A stretch of 64,000 bases of DNA. It comes from Azolla caroliniana. Its lineage: Eukaryota; Plantae; Polypodiophyta. Under the pieces are notes generated by a model that searched no databases, had not been told where the DNA came from, and worked only from the letters and a program-made list of their open reading frames with translations. Below, one piece after another: positions 1-12,759 of this stretch. Position numbers and translations under genes: made by a program. How positions within the stretch are numbered: the first letter of the stretch is position 1; each line of letters opens with the position of its first letter. The stretch is taken from the NCBI GenBank assembly GCA_043228905.1, contig JBHGNT010000007.1, positions 7,254,001 to 7,318,000 of the forward strand. Direction: 5' to 3'.

Positions 1-1927
1 TTACTACATTACTTTTCACTAATTAGTAGCACAAATTGACCAACAACTTGGTTAAGATCATGATGTCCTTTTACTAGTATTATATTTTCATGGTGTACTC
101 GGCATAATTCAAAGAGTACACCATATGTTTTAGATATTAATAAAACATCATGGGGGTCCTTGCATGCTACTTGAATTATTCTTTACTGCTATGTGCTTTG
201 TGCAATTATCTCTTGAAACAAGTTCACTGATTCCAATAAATTTGCATGTGGAAGCTAGGTTTGGGTTGTTGACACTGTAGCTTCTGGTTTATGTTATGAT
301 GACTATTGACACATAGGCACACAAGTGTACTAGCCTAGGAGAGACTGACCCATAGGATCACAAAGATCCACCCAATTATATGGAGGGGGAAGAATATCAT
401 ATCGTCTTAGCAATAAAGACACGGGGAATATGCACGTCTCTTATTTCACTCATTTGTTTCCAAGTCACTCATATTTTAAGATAAGCGAATAAGGTTATAC
501 CCTCCATCTACACTGCTCAATGCTTTAGTGCCTCACTATGCAATCATATGGTATGTGTGTATAAGGCCACCCTCCTACGAGAGATGTTTATTGCCACAAC
601 GGGGGTTTATATGTAATATGTTAAGACGAAAATTAAGGCAACATTAAAGGGAGAAAACATGCAGTTAATCAACTAGTCGATAATGGAATGATAATTGCCA
701 TCTTGCCACACCTTTTCTAATGTTTTGGATGTTCATGTAGGCATCCCACTCTAGAGAGCTCCATTGTTCATGTCATGAGAGAGAGAAAGAGTTATTCATG
801 ACAACATCTTATTAGCCATCTTGTTAAGCCTTTGTTTGCAGAATGAACTTTGGCCCTGAAAAAACCTTGCCTTCGACTCCTAGCATATTCTTACAAGTTC
901 CAAGGGGGACAATGAACAATGCACAAATAATTTACAATAATATTGAAGAACAACTTATTATACCCAACAACAATTCACCATTGACAAACCATTTCAATCA
1001 ATCAATTAATAATAATACTAGTGCAAAAACTTCTTTTTTTAATTTGGAGAAATAGAAGGTGAAGTTCGATATTTTTGTAACCAACAATGATATATACCTT
1101 CATAATCAATTAGGAATGGAGCTTTATGAATATTTTTACATGAGATTACTGCTAGGACAATGTTAGAACTAATTGTCTAGTTGTATGGATTGGTTTAATC
1201 AAAGATGTCTTTATATGAATTTTAGGATGTTTGTGCCATAAACAAATAGGAACTAACATTTCCATAGAAGGGGAGGTAGCACAATCACGACATGTTAAGA
1301 AGACTCTACACAACCCACATTAAAGTCGGGCGATTAGGACAATCTATCAACTTCAACATGACAACCTCAAGGTAATAGTTAAATACTTTAACCGTTGTCG
1401 TGAAGCAATTGCTTTACAATATAAAAACAAACTCAAATATTATCAAGTGAAATTTGTGAGCCTTGAACCCATGATGTTGTATACCAAATACAAAGCATAA
1501 ACCATTACGATGTATTATTTATATCTCTTTCATATTGGGGACTCATATGAGCAGGACAACCCCAAATGGCGATCATGCATCACATGCATCCTCAGATACA
1601 TCATATGCACATGTGCACCTATATAAAGAGGGGGAAGGGATGCATCAATCAATCGATCAAATCAGAAAATCACATAATTAATTAATCAAACAAGTTAGCT
1701 CATATGTGAAGTATCTTATTTTTAAAAATTGAAGTCAAGGAATCAAAGCCGGAGTTTGACATAGAAAAGTTTCATCTTTGCAATCGAGCATTGTAAATTT
1801 GGTAAAATCTTGTATTCTCAATCATATCATATACTCTTGCTTCTTAAATCATGCATTGTCTCTGTCTCTTGTCTATGCTTGTCTCTCTCGCATGTCTAGC
1901 GGTTCGACGCATCGAGCATGAACTACA

Positions 1928-2566
1928 TGTTAGAAATATTGAGAATCGATTAGATAGGTATATAGAGTTACAACCATAGAGATGGATATATGAAAACAAA
2001 ACTTCTATTACATATGAGAGTAGCTCACAATGGTAGTTCACCCGTGCGCTCACACCTTAGAGCTTAGATGGGATATGGACCAAATCACTGCAAAATTAGT
2101 GGGGACTTATAATCAATCTAACCACTACGTAAGTTGATTATATTCTATGTTTGGTCTGAGTATAACATTAAATGTGCAAGTCAGTTGATAGTAGTGGAGA
2201 TATTCCATTTTTGTCAACTGACTTGTCATTTAATATGACCCAACTCCCTATAGATACAGGCTAGTGCTAGATAGTACTTATCTTGAAGTCAATGACACAT
2301 ACTTCAAGACTAAGTACATCGTAACTTGCCACAAAATATTCTAGTTGACTTGATTAGTCAATCCTATTAGCCTACTTCACTCTAAATTCCTAGATACATT
2401 GTGTCCTACACATCTACGGTTTCCTAGATTGACACCTTATCGACCCAAATAGTAGAGTTGCACAGTAGTTGTTGCTCATTTGGGGCGCTAGCACAAAATG
2501 TGCACTCTAAGAGCACATATGGGGATAGATTTACAACTTGGGTTTGATCATTGATTATATCTAACA
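1928..2566 (-). repeat. 3' LTR of Copia A
   Basis: TG...CA ends, adjacent PPT, direct repeat of 7191-7776. Confidence 0.9.
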
Positions 2567-5500
2567 CGCCCCCTCAATGGTCAACCCATTGAGTTCACTT
2601 CGAATTGGGCCAACTCCTAGTCGTTGAAGGTGTTGTTGTAGTTGTTCTGTTCCAAGCGCCTTTGTGAGGATATCTGCAACATTTTCTGACGTCGGACCAT
2701 ACTCAAGCTCCACATTCTCATAATTTATTAGCTCCCCCACATAGTGATACTGAATCTCTATGTGTTTAGTACATGCATGAAATATGAGGTTCTTGGCAAT
2801 GGTCATGCAACTCTGATTGACACACCTCAATACCGTTGTCTTCCTTATTGGAACCGCCACATCGATAAGGATTCTTCTTAGCCAAACTACCTCGCATTCC
2901 GCTATGCGTGCTTCTTTGTATTTTGCCTCTATTGAAGATAGTGTCACTGTTGGTTGTTTTTTACTACTCCATGAAACAACTCCAGAGCCTATTGAAAAAC
3001 AATATCCAGAAATTGATTTTCTGGAATCACTATCTCTAGCCCAGTCGGAGTCGCACAACCCACTAAGTTCGTCAATTGTTGGCTTGTAGAAGATTCCGTA
3101 ATTTAAAGTACCCACAATGTACTTTAATACACATAGCGCAGATTTCCAATGAGTTTCCTTCGGCTTGTTGTTGAATTGACTCACCACACCGACTGCAAAA
3201 CAAATATCTGGCCTAGTGTTGCATAGGAAAATTAGACTTCCTACTAGCTGCCTATACTTCCTTATGTCAACCATTTGTGATGGGTCTTCTTGGGATAACT
3301 TGCAGTTTGACTCCATTGGAGTCGACTTCGACTTGTTGTCCATCATCCCAAATGTGTTCAAGATCTCTGTTGCATACTTTCTTTGCGACATGAAGATGCC
3401 AACAGAGGTTTCCCAAACCTCATTTCCAAGGAAGTAGTGTAGAATCCCCAAGTCTGTCATTTCAAACTCAGTTTTCAAACACGCTTGTGTTTGGCCAATA
3501 CACTCTTCATGGTCACCAATAAGTACTAGATCATCCACGTAAATGATGATGATGACTTGTTTCCTGTCCTTCATTTTGACATACATACTTGCATCCGAAG
3601 CACATTGCTTAAAGTCGATTGATCGTAAGAAGTTGTCCATCCTCTTCTTCCAAGCTCTTGGTGCTTGCTTTAGACCATGCAACGCCTTCTTCACCTTGCA
3701 GACTTTGTTTTCTGAATTCGGCATCTCAAACCCTAGTGGTTGTGTCACGTATACCTCCTCCTTGAGATGCCCATTCAGAAATGCCGATTTGACATCCATT
3801 TGATAAATCGACCATCCTCTTGAAGCAGCCAACACAATGACCATTCGAATTGTTGTCATGCGTGATGTTAGGGCAAATGTTTCTTGAACATTGAACCCTT
3901 CAATTTGGGAGTATCCTTGCGCTACTAGCCTGGCCTTGAATTTCTCCAAAGAACCATAAGTTTTATACTTTACTTTCCATACCCACTTGGTGCCTATCAC
4001 CTTCGTCTTTGTTGGTCTCTCTACCAACTCCCATGTGTCATTTCTCAATATGCTATCGTATTCTGATATCATCGCCTCTTTCCACTTCGGGTTGGCCATG
4101 GCTTCCTCCACCTAGGTCGGTTCACTCACTGAGCCTATGATGCCCACCATCAAGGCAATGTTGACAATGTGGTTAGAGGTTCTCCTTTGCTCATGTATTC
4201 TTCTTGATCTTCGTAATCCATCAATTGAAGTTTCAGGAAACTCAAATTTAGGAGTACGATCATTGAAGAGTTGTTGAGCCCACTTCGGTATTTTCTTTAC
4301 ATGTAGTACTAGCATAGGTTGAACTAACGAGCCATTACCATCAGATGGTTCAACATCCTTTTCTAGACAGTGGGTCGGGATTGGGTGGAATACTTCTTCG
4401 GTTGATGAGATCACTTGAGAGTTGTTGTTCTCAGCTAGCTGTGGTCATTCCTCATCGAACACCACATTGAGGCTTGTCAGTCTCTTTCTTGCTTCTGGAT
4501 CATAGAGTCGATAGGCCATTGACTCTTCACTATATCCGAGAAAGATACACTTCTTTCTTTTAGCATCCAAGTTCTTTCTGCTCACATCTGGAACATGTGC
4601 ATAGCACCTACACCCAAAGGTTCTAAAGTGCAACACTAAAGGTTTCTTGCCTGAATAAGCTTCTTGGGGTGTTTTCCCTTGAAGTGCCTTCGTGTAGCTC
4701 CGATTGAGGATGTAAACTGTTGTATTCACTGCGTCAACCCTGAATGGGTTGGGCAACGCTTGTGCCTTTGACATACACCTAGCCATCTCAAAAATTGTTC
4801 GGTTTCAACGTTTGACAACACCATTTTGTTGTGGGGTGTAGGCGGTTGTAAGTTGGTGCTTAATTCCATGCTCTTTGCAATACTCACAGAATTCTATTGA
4901 TAAGAATTCTCCACCTCGATCAGACCGTAACTCCTTCACTAACTTTTCGGACTCCCGCTCGACAAACTTATGCCATGTTTTGAAGATTTAAAAAGCTTCA
5001 GCCTTCTCCCGAAGGAAGTAAACCCACATCTTTCTACTGAAGTCATCGACTACTAGCATATACTAGAGAGATCCACCCATCATAGGAGTCACCATTTTTC
5101 TAGAGAGGTTGATGTGTATTAACTGTAGAGGAGTCTTTGTCTGATTTTGACTCTCTTTTGGAATGGCTGATCTTTGATGCTGGCCCATCATACAAGCATC
5201 ACAAACATGACTTAAGTCAAATGGGGTTGGCAACCCAGCTACCATATTCGACTTCTTCATCTCCTTCAACACAACAACATTGAGATGCCCAAATCTCTCA
5301 TGCCATTGCTTTGTGTTAGTACTTGTGTTGTGCTCAATAAAAATTGTAAACGCGCTCAGCTCATAGAGATTGTGCGCCTTACCCCTATTCTTACAACCTT
5401 GTCATTAGAATCTATTATTTCTGCACCCGACTTCTTGAATTGAACATCAAGACCCTTGTCGGCCAGTGCAGAAATGGACAATAGATTCTTCTCGAGATTT

Positions 5501-5620
5501 GGCACGTACAACACTTGAGAGAGATGCTTTGTCCCGCCGGTCATTGCTTTGAGGGAGATGGTTCCGGTTCCTTTGGCTGGACATTGAGCATTGTTCTCGA
5601 CCATAACATTGATGGGCTCT
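2561..5620 (-). pseudogene. Copia A pol (protease tail, GAG-pre-integrase, integrase, RT, RNase H), broken
   Basis: ORF 2561-4111 has KARLVAQGY, QMDVKSAFLNG, YVDD, SWSSKKQ, KHIEIQYH, ADILTK. Upstream fragments give VLYVPNLEKNLLSIS, CDAC and CIFLGY, with stops and frameshifts. Confidence 0.92.
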
Positions 5621-5623
5621 TGT

Positions 5624-5863
5624 TGTTACGGGCATGCCCATATAATATCCCGTGGTGAGAATTTACCGTAGTATTCTATACACGTGGATAAGTGTGAGGG
5701 TTAAGGGGAGGATTACTTTTAATCCTCGGGATTGAGACAACCCATTAGGCCAAGTGTGAACTTGCCTGGGGGCCTTGGGTATCGCTATAAATAAGAGGCC
5801 TAACTACCCTCATTTCATCATCTTTTGACTACGTCGAGACTCTATTCTTGTGGTGGGTCAACT
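5624..5863 (+). mobile_element. Foreign LTR-like segment (5' part) inserted in Copia A
   Basis: Starts TGTTACG exactly where pol homology stops; TATA-like CTATAAATA near 5785; last 45 bp recur inverted at 7151-7195. Confidence 0.55.
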
Positions 5864-5921
5864 TTCATATTAGATAGGTTACTCTATATACCTATCTAAT
5901 TGATTCTCAATATTTCTAACT

Positions 5922-5932
5922 TGGTATCAGAG
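5922..5932 (+). promoter_or_regulatory. PBS (tRNA-iMet) of Copia A, in the inverted block
   Basis: TGGTATCAGAG directly after the inverted LTR-end fragment 5881-5921. Confidence 0.85.
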
Positions 5933-5981
5933 TTGAGAGGTTGATCTAGATTAGGTATATATGGGTAGTTGTTGTCTAGCA

Positions 5982-6022
<41 letters not shown>

Positions 6023-6024
6023 TA

Positions 6025-6955
6025 ATGGCCTTGTCCACGAATGTTGCAGCTACTCCACTGCGCATTCACCCACCTCCATTGTCTAATGGAAAGCTAGATG
6101 GAACCAACTACACTCTATGGAAGTTCAAAATGTCTACCGTTTTGGACTCTTACAAGTTGTTGGAGACAATCATGGGACCCACAAGAGGAGACCTTGAGCC
6201 CATGCTGACATTTGACCCTGCACACCCTACCACATCAATCCCTCCAAATGTTGATCTACTTCGAGCCTGGAAGAGAAGGAATGTTGATGTGTTGTGTGCC
6301 ATAGCCACTAGTGTATGTGACTCTATACTAACATTAGTGCAACATACAACCAGGGCACATGAAGCTTGGAGCATATTGGCCAGCCAGTATGAGACCAAAA
6401 ACTATACAAGGATACAAAACCTTGAAAATCAGCTTGCTGTAGAGAAGCTCGCTGATGGAGAGAAAGTAGAATCCTTTGTAAAAAGGATTAAGGATCTCCA
6501 AGATCAATTGGCGGATGTTGCAGTAGTCGTCTCTCTACAGGATATGGCTCATCGATACATTTGAGTACTTCCTTCCAAGTATGATAGCATTGTGATAGCA
6601 TGGAACACTCAGGTTCTACCCAATCCTTTAAAATTTGATGAACTAAGTGCAATGTTTCTTGAAGAGGAGCTTCGGCTAAAGACAAGAGAAGGGAAGATTC
6701 GGCATTTGTCTCTAGGACCAAGGGTAAAGGGGCATCCAATTCAAACAATGCGAATAGGATACCAAAGAAGAAGAAGTTCAATGGATCGTGCTTTTACTAT
6801 GACAAAAAGGGTCACACAATCAAGGATTATCGAAAGAAGATGGCGGATGAGAAGAATGGTTCTAGTTAGACTTCTTGGAGAGAGCCCGAGTCCGCCAACA
6901 ATGTCGTAGATGAGCTTTTGTTATGGGTCGCAATTGAAGAAGTTTGTTCTTTAGT
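6025..6955 (+). pseudogene. Copia A gag, inverted relative to its pol
   Basis: KLDGTNYTLWKFKM...AHEAWSILASQY (Copia gag/UBN2-like), followed by stops and a decayed zinc knuckle near 6790-6835. Confidence 0.85.
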
Positions 6956-7195
6956 TGACGTGACTCAAGTTGTCGACGACTCTTGGATAAAAGATAGATA
7001 CATAGATAGAAAGGAGAGAGAGAAAGAAGGGTGTCGATCCACCCGACCACCCCCAAGCGAAGGGATCGAGACGGACACGAGCCTCGATTGGTGTCCCATA
7101 CCACCGTTGTGGTGTCGAGTCGTACCTGGTGCTGGCGCGCTCACTACAAGAGTTGATCCACCACAAGAACAGAGTCTCGACGTAGTCAAAAGATG
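6956..7195 (-). mobile_element. Foreign LTR-like segment (3' part, inverted)
   Basis: Reverse complement continues the 5624-5863 segment through a 45-bp overlap; pyrimidine tract and ...CACGTCA end. Confidence 0.5.
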
Positions 7196-7776
7196 GATAT
7201 ATGAAAACAAAACTTCTATTACATATGAGAGTATCTCACAATGGCAGTTCACCTATGCGCTCACACCTTAGAGCTTAGATGGGATCTGGACCAACTCACT
7301 ACAAAATTAGTGGGGACTGATAATCAATCCAACCACTGTGTAAGAAAGTTGATTATATTCTATGTTTGGTCTGAGTATAACATTAAATGTGCAAGTCAGT
7401 TGATAGTAGTGGAGATATTCCATTTCTGTCAACTGACTTTTCATTTAATATGACCCAACTCCCTAGATACAAGCTAGTGCTAGATAGTACTTATCTTGAA
7501 GTCAATGGCACATACTTCAAGATTAAGTACATCGTAACTTGCCCACAAAATATTCGGTTGACTTGATTAGCTAATCCTATTAGCCTACTTCACTCTTTCC
7601 TAAATACATTGTGTCCTACGCATCTACGGTTTCCTAGATTGACACCTTATCGACCCATATGGTCGAGTTGCACACTAGTTGCTACTCATTTGGGGTGCTA
7701 TCACAAAAGGTGCAATCTAAGAGCACATGTGGGGATAGATTTACAACTTGGGGTTGATCATTGATTATATCTAACA
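7191..7776 (-). repeat. 5' LTR of Copia A (truncated by inversion)
   Basis: Near-identical to ~1980-2566. Confidence 0.9.
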
Positions 7777-8179
7777 CTGCACGACATTATTTTTAACTCT
7801 TATTCCTCCTATCCTTAAATCTTTGTGATATTGCCACACGCGCCTTATAAAAGTTTGCTCAAACTCCCCTTAACCTTAGTCCCTATGACCTCGCTGCACA
7901 AACCACAACAACCCCGACATATTTCGTGAATTAAATATTAGGGATAATAATGCCCGATAAAGTAATCTTGTTTCTACAAGCCACAAACATTAAAGCTAGA
8001 AAGGACTTGGGAATGCTTTTCAAAAATCAAAATAGTCCAAGTAGACTCATCGAAGAGTAAGAGGAGGTATAAAAGGTCTTGTGCCCATTTATGTAAAAGA
8101 AAGTTATGGTTTATGGAGATGCCAAAGAGAAAGGGACAAGAAATAGAGAATGGCTTGGGAGAAAAGAAAGTGGAAGATA

Positions 8180-8695
8180 CACTTTTGTAGGAATTGGTGA
8201 AAGGACCTAGTAGATGCATTATCAACATTCACCCATGTAAATGCAAATGATGTACTAGTGGAAGGGAAGCAGAAGAGAGTTGAGGAGGCTAATTCAGCAA
8301 AGGGGCCGAAAACACGAGAACAAAAGAGAAGAGAAATGGAGAAGGGTGTTATTGAGCTGAAGGAAGCTGATAAAATAAAAGGGAAGATAGGTCCAAATTT
8401 CAAGCTTGCTTATGGACACAGAAGCAATGACAGATATAAAATTGATAAAGTAAAATGAAAGATAGGTCCAAATTTCAAGCTTGCTTCGGACATAGAAGCA
8501 ACAACATATATAAAACTGGTATTGGAAATAAGAATATTAAATAGTAAGGTGGAATTTACTTTAAGAGAGGTGTTGGGTATTGCAAAGAAAGAATTTTATG
8601 AAGTTATCATAGATGCTATTAGAAAAAAGAGACATGTGACGACGATTGTTATGAGAGAGAGTGTTGCAACACTTCAAGATTTGGATGATGGCACC
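8180..8695 (+). pseudogene. Degenerate Ty3/Gypsy gag-region remnant
   Basis: FKLASDIE...ILNSKVEFTLREVLGIAKKEFYEVIIDAIRKKR resembles the post-knuckle gag segment of non-seed-plant Gypsy elements; local duplication GATAGGTCCAAATTTCAAGCTTGCT at ~8386 and 8461. Confidence 0.5.
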
Positions 8696-9130
8696 TGTCA
8701 CGACACAGTGACATCGAATACATAGTTGGTAAGAATTAAACCTGCAACCTCACATCAAGAAGATGTCATGCTCAACCATTTTGATATGAGCATGTTATTG
8801 TTTATAATAGTTTAGTAGTGTGTAGTCTAGATAACGTATAGTACATTTCTGAATTAAAATATTCTAGTTGTTAGTATATTCTAGAAATATTGTTTAAGGT
8901 ATATTCTAGAGATATTTCTCGAGTATATTCTAGAGATATCCAATCCCGGAACTTGTATAAATACTTGTAACCTCCTTGGTCCCTTTCAAGGGATTCAACA
9001 GTTGTCATTAATAGATGAATCTAGTATTCTTGTTTGTCCCCATCTTGTCTCCTTGATCTTTATCTTCGTCTTCATTCTCTTTTGTCGTTCCTGAGTTTTT
9101 AGCTTCGTCACTTCTAGCTCTAAGTTCACA
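8696..9130 (+). mobile_element. Probable degenerate LTR, chromovirus-like (right end approximate)
   Basis: Begins TGTCACGA, has repeated TATTCTAGA motifs and TATAAATA near 8957, the same architecture as the element E LTR; no TSD found. Confidence 0.45.
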
Positions 9131-10305
9131 AACCATTGCTTGTAGCCCCATCATCCGTGCTCCATCCCAGTGTGCGCTTGGTGTGTCTGTGATAGTTTGA
9201 ATCCCTTCCAACTGGAAGCATCACCCATCGTCGTCATCACCTTTGCATCTAGAGTTACCATCATCATTGTCCTTGCTTCCAGAGTTACCATCATCAACAT
9301 CCTTGTCTTTGACATCATCATTCTCAACACCTCTTCGCCCAAGCTTCATCCTCATTAACACTACTTTGCATGGTCTTTCATCATCATCATTGTTCCACCC
9401 TCTTCATTGTCATCATTATCATCTATAGGCATAATTTTGCATCACGATTTTGGTGAGGATTGCTTTCATTCGCTCACCATCCCAATTCCGGTGGGGGTCA
9501 CAACCGCTCACTTTCTTGGTGGGGATCGGATTATTGCTCGCATGCACTCCATTTTCATTTTAGTTCAAGTCTCGTTCCGCTTTCCTTTGGCGATGACCGA
9601 TTTCGATCACTCACATTCCTTTTGAAATTCCAATGGTTACCCATGGAATGTGGGATTTGTTATAGAGGAGTTTGCCAATGAATCAAATATCATACTTCAT
9701 GTTGAAACATCAGAGCAAGATATTCAATGGGTGTTTGGGCAACTACAATGTAAACTCCTTGATATAGGTGAGATATATAAGGCAACGAAGAGAGACGAGG
9801 TACAACATGTTCAAGTAAGAGATAATTAATAAAATATGCATTGATCATAACAAATGATGAACATAAATGCTATATATGGCTTAAAAGAGAAATGCTAAAT
9901 TATATGTCAACTTTCATAGTTGGATGCAACATTCTTTATAAAGATTCTAACTTTTATGGCTAAATTCTTTGGATAAAGACAAACCTTTTTCCAATCTGGA
10001 AGTTGATAATCTTTATTTCAAAGTCAAGGGGGGAAGTTATTGGCTTTGGTGGCATGAATGCTAGTACAAGAAGTTTGCAACTTAAGGCAAGTTTCCATAT
10101 TTTATACTATGTACCTCAAATATGCAAGTTATATACAAATGTATAGTTGCTCTCCTATTGATGAAAAAGATCAAGATCACTTTGGGAAGTTACTCTTACT
10201 AAAGTGCATAACACTAGAATGATTATTGCATATGGTGTCGCAAAGTTACACACGCATGTGTGCTACTTGAGAGGAACCATTGGGGACTTGAACTAGAGAG
10301 GATGG

Positions 10306-10720
10306 ATGACTCGAAGGCTCGTCAGTGTCAAATAATCGTCAGAGTCGAAAGATTGTCATAGTCGAAGGTATGTGAGGGTCGAATGTAGGCCAGACTCAAA
10401 GGTAGCTCAGACTCAAAGGTATCCAGACTCAAGGGTAGTCCATACTTGAAGTTAGGCCAGACTCGAAGGTAGGACAATCGAAGTTAGGCTAGAGTTGAAG
10501 GTAGCCCAAACTTGAAGGTAGGCCAGAGTTGAAGTTAGACTAGATTTGAAGATAGCTCAGAGTCGAAGGTATCCTAGACTTGAAGTTAGTTCTAATTCAA
10601 AGCTAGATTAGAGTCGAAGGTAGGCTGAACTCAAAGATAGATCAAAGTCAAAGTTAGGCAAGAGTCGAAGTTAGGCCAGAGTTGAAGTTAGGCTAGAGTC
10701 AAAGTTACTTCAAAGTCGAA
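10306..10720. repeat. 17-bp minisatellite, more than 20 degenerate copies
   Basis: Consensus approx. G(G/T)TAGGCCAGA(C/G)TCGAA repeated head to tail without spacers. Confidence 0.85.
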
Positions 10721-11235
10721 TGGAGCAACGATAAAACAATGACTTAAGTGCGAGATTAACACGTATTTGACCCAAAGATCTTGAGATTCCCAATTGGTTT
10801 TACAATATTAATTCTAGAAATGCTAGATTAAGGAAGAAATTCCCTTTGTAAAGTAGGGATTACAAGTTGTTGGGGTAAACAATTACAACCGGGTGTTAAA
10901 ATTCCCAAAAATAAATCATAAACTAAGAATCCTAAATTTCATGGTGAATCATAAAATAAAACTCTATGTCAGGAAGTATGTTGTGGAGAAGATGAAGAGA
11001 TGATCGAGGAAAGAATAAGAATGAAGCTTTAAGGGGGAGTCCTCGAGCGTTAACCTTGCTTCCCAATCCGATAGAGCTTCCCTTCTCTCTCTTTCAAGTA
11101 TCGATTACCTTGTCACCTTCCAAGTATTAATGGAAGAAAGTTGTTTGAGGGGTACGAGTTTACATTTTTGCTTCATAGACTCCAAGACTTTTGATATGGT
11201 ACCTTGTGAGCATCTTTGGAGGTGGATATAAGAGC

Positions 11236-11650
11236 TCAGGGTGCCAAGTGAATGAATATATGCTTGCAATTTCCCGAATCTTTGATAAGGTTATATGTTG
11301 TGTGCGTATAAAGGATAAATTTCATATTTTTTAATAGTATTATTGGTGTTAAGCAAGGGTGCTCACTCTCACTTAATTTATTTGGTCTATGTATTGATGA
11401 ATTAGAACACATGGTTTTCAAGTTTTTAAAGGACGAAGGCGTTGAAGAAGTTGTCATTGGGAATGTAGTCATCATTCATTGATAATATGCAAATATGTTA
11501 GGATATGCATAAAAACTTATGACAACATAAGACAAGTTTTTTCCATACATACTAAATTGAATGTCAATAGCTCTAAAACAAAGATTGTGCTTGTGAAGAA
11601 CCAAAATAAGGGCAAAACGTGCATCATGTAAGATAATGAACCACTTTAAC
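11236..11650 (+). mobile_element. RTE-like LINE RT fragment
   Basis: IGVKQGCSLSLNLFGLCIDEL and LNVNSSKTKIVLVKNQNK...DNEPL, with stops. Confidence 0.65.
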
Positions 11651-12189
11651 TCACAATGTGGATTCCACGGTCATGCATGCGTTAAGTACCTACCATCAGG
11701 GACAATAACCACAAATATATCATCACCAAGAATACAAGTGAAGCTCGATAGGACACAAGAAAGAGTGGGGGTTAGAGGAAATTTCCCTTAAAACTTGTAA
11801 CCAAATGGCCAATCTAATGTGAAAGGAGCCCAACCTCATTGTAAAAAGCTATAAAAGTCATTATCCAGTGACTTGGATAGCTCTTCTTCCTTCTTGGGTC
11901 TTTACTTTCACATAGTTGTATTAGAGCTCCGACTCTTCCCTCTCAATCTTTCACTTGAGCCTAAGAGAGATTAAGGTTAAATATTAATTAGTTGGCCCCT
12001 AATCACTCTACCTGTTGTATACATTTCCTTAATAGAATGATGTTGATATTATTCTTGTGTTCATCTTATGTGGATGTTTGTTCAATGATACTCTTCTATT
12101 AAGAGAGTTTTAAGGCTAGAGATAGATAGATTTTATTATTGTCTTTGAAGGTCAACGATGACCTATGAAAGAAAAATTATTACATTTGT

Positions 12190-12680
12190 TTCTTGACTTG
12201 GAGAAACTTTGTAAGAAAATGTTTTTGGACATTTTAAAACTCTTTACGAGTGGATTTAGGATGTTACCTACACATACTTCCATCCAATAGAGAAGGACTA
12301 GTGTCAGTAAAGTGTCAAAAAGGTATTTCTTAAGGACCCAACACTTAATTTCTCCATGGTTGCATGTTCTCAAATGCATAATATGCTTTATTTCCCGCCT
12401 CAAAACAAACGGTAACACATTCATTCCATCTATGATTTGAAGGAACTTCAAGGCCAAGATATTTGAAGTTTTCCATAAATTCAAGTGGCTCATTATTGTA
12501 CATAATGCATGGTTTATCTTTATTTGGGCTCTTCACAAGCATAATCTTTGTTTTAGAGTTGTTGACGCTTAAATTAGCATGCATGCAAAACTCTTCCAAT
12601 GCCCTAATAAGCTTTTGCTCATCTCCCAAAGTATTTGCAAAAAGCACTATGTCATCCATATCTAACAAAAGCATATGACT
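12190..12680 (-). mobile_element. RTE-like LINE RT fragment, same family, opposite strand
   Basis: DDIVLFA...LEEFCMHANLSVNNSKTKIMLVK...NEPLEFMENFKYLG. Confidence 0.75.
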
Positions 12681-12759
12681 ATATTCCCAATGTCAACTTA
12701 TTCAATACATTTTGCTTTTTGGCTTCTAGGAAATGTGGAGCACATAACACATGCTAGAA

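Larger units (their letters stand above)
1928..7776 (-). mobile_element. Ty1/Copia LTR retrotransposon A, degenerate and internally rearranged
   Basis: LTRs TGTTAG...CTAACA at 1928-2566 and 7191-7776; the first ~45 bp of the right LTR is displaced and inverted at 5881-5921. Flanks CTACA (1923-1927) and CTGCA (7777-7781) form a TSD with 1 mismatch. PPT (minus TTGAGGGGGCG) abuts 2566. Domain order INT-RT-RH on minus. Confidence 0.9.

Noticed and set aside
1-1900. Coding potential at the window start
   Set aside because: Only short low-complexity ORFs; probably old TE debris that I cannot classify.
10306-10720. CRISPR-like array
   Set aside because: Units are contiguous and degenerate with no unique spacers; no cas genes; eukaryotic context.
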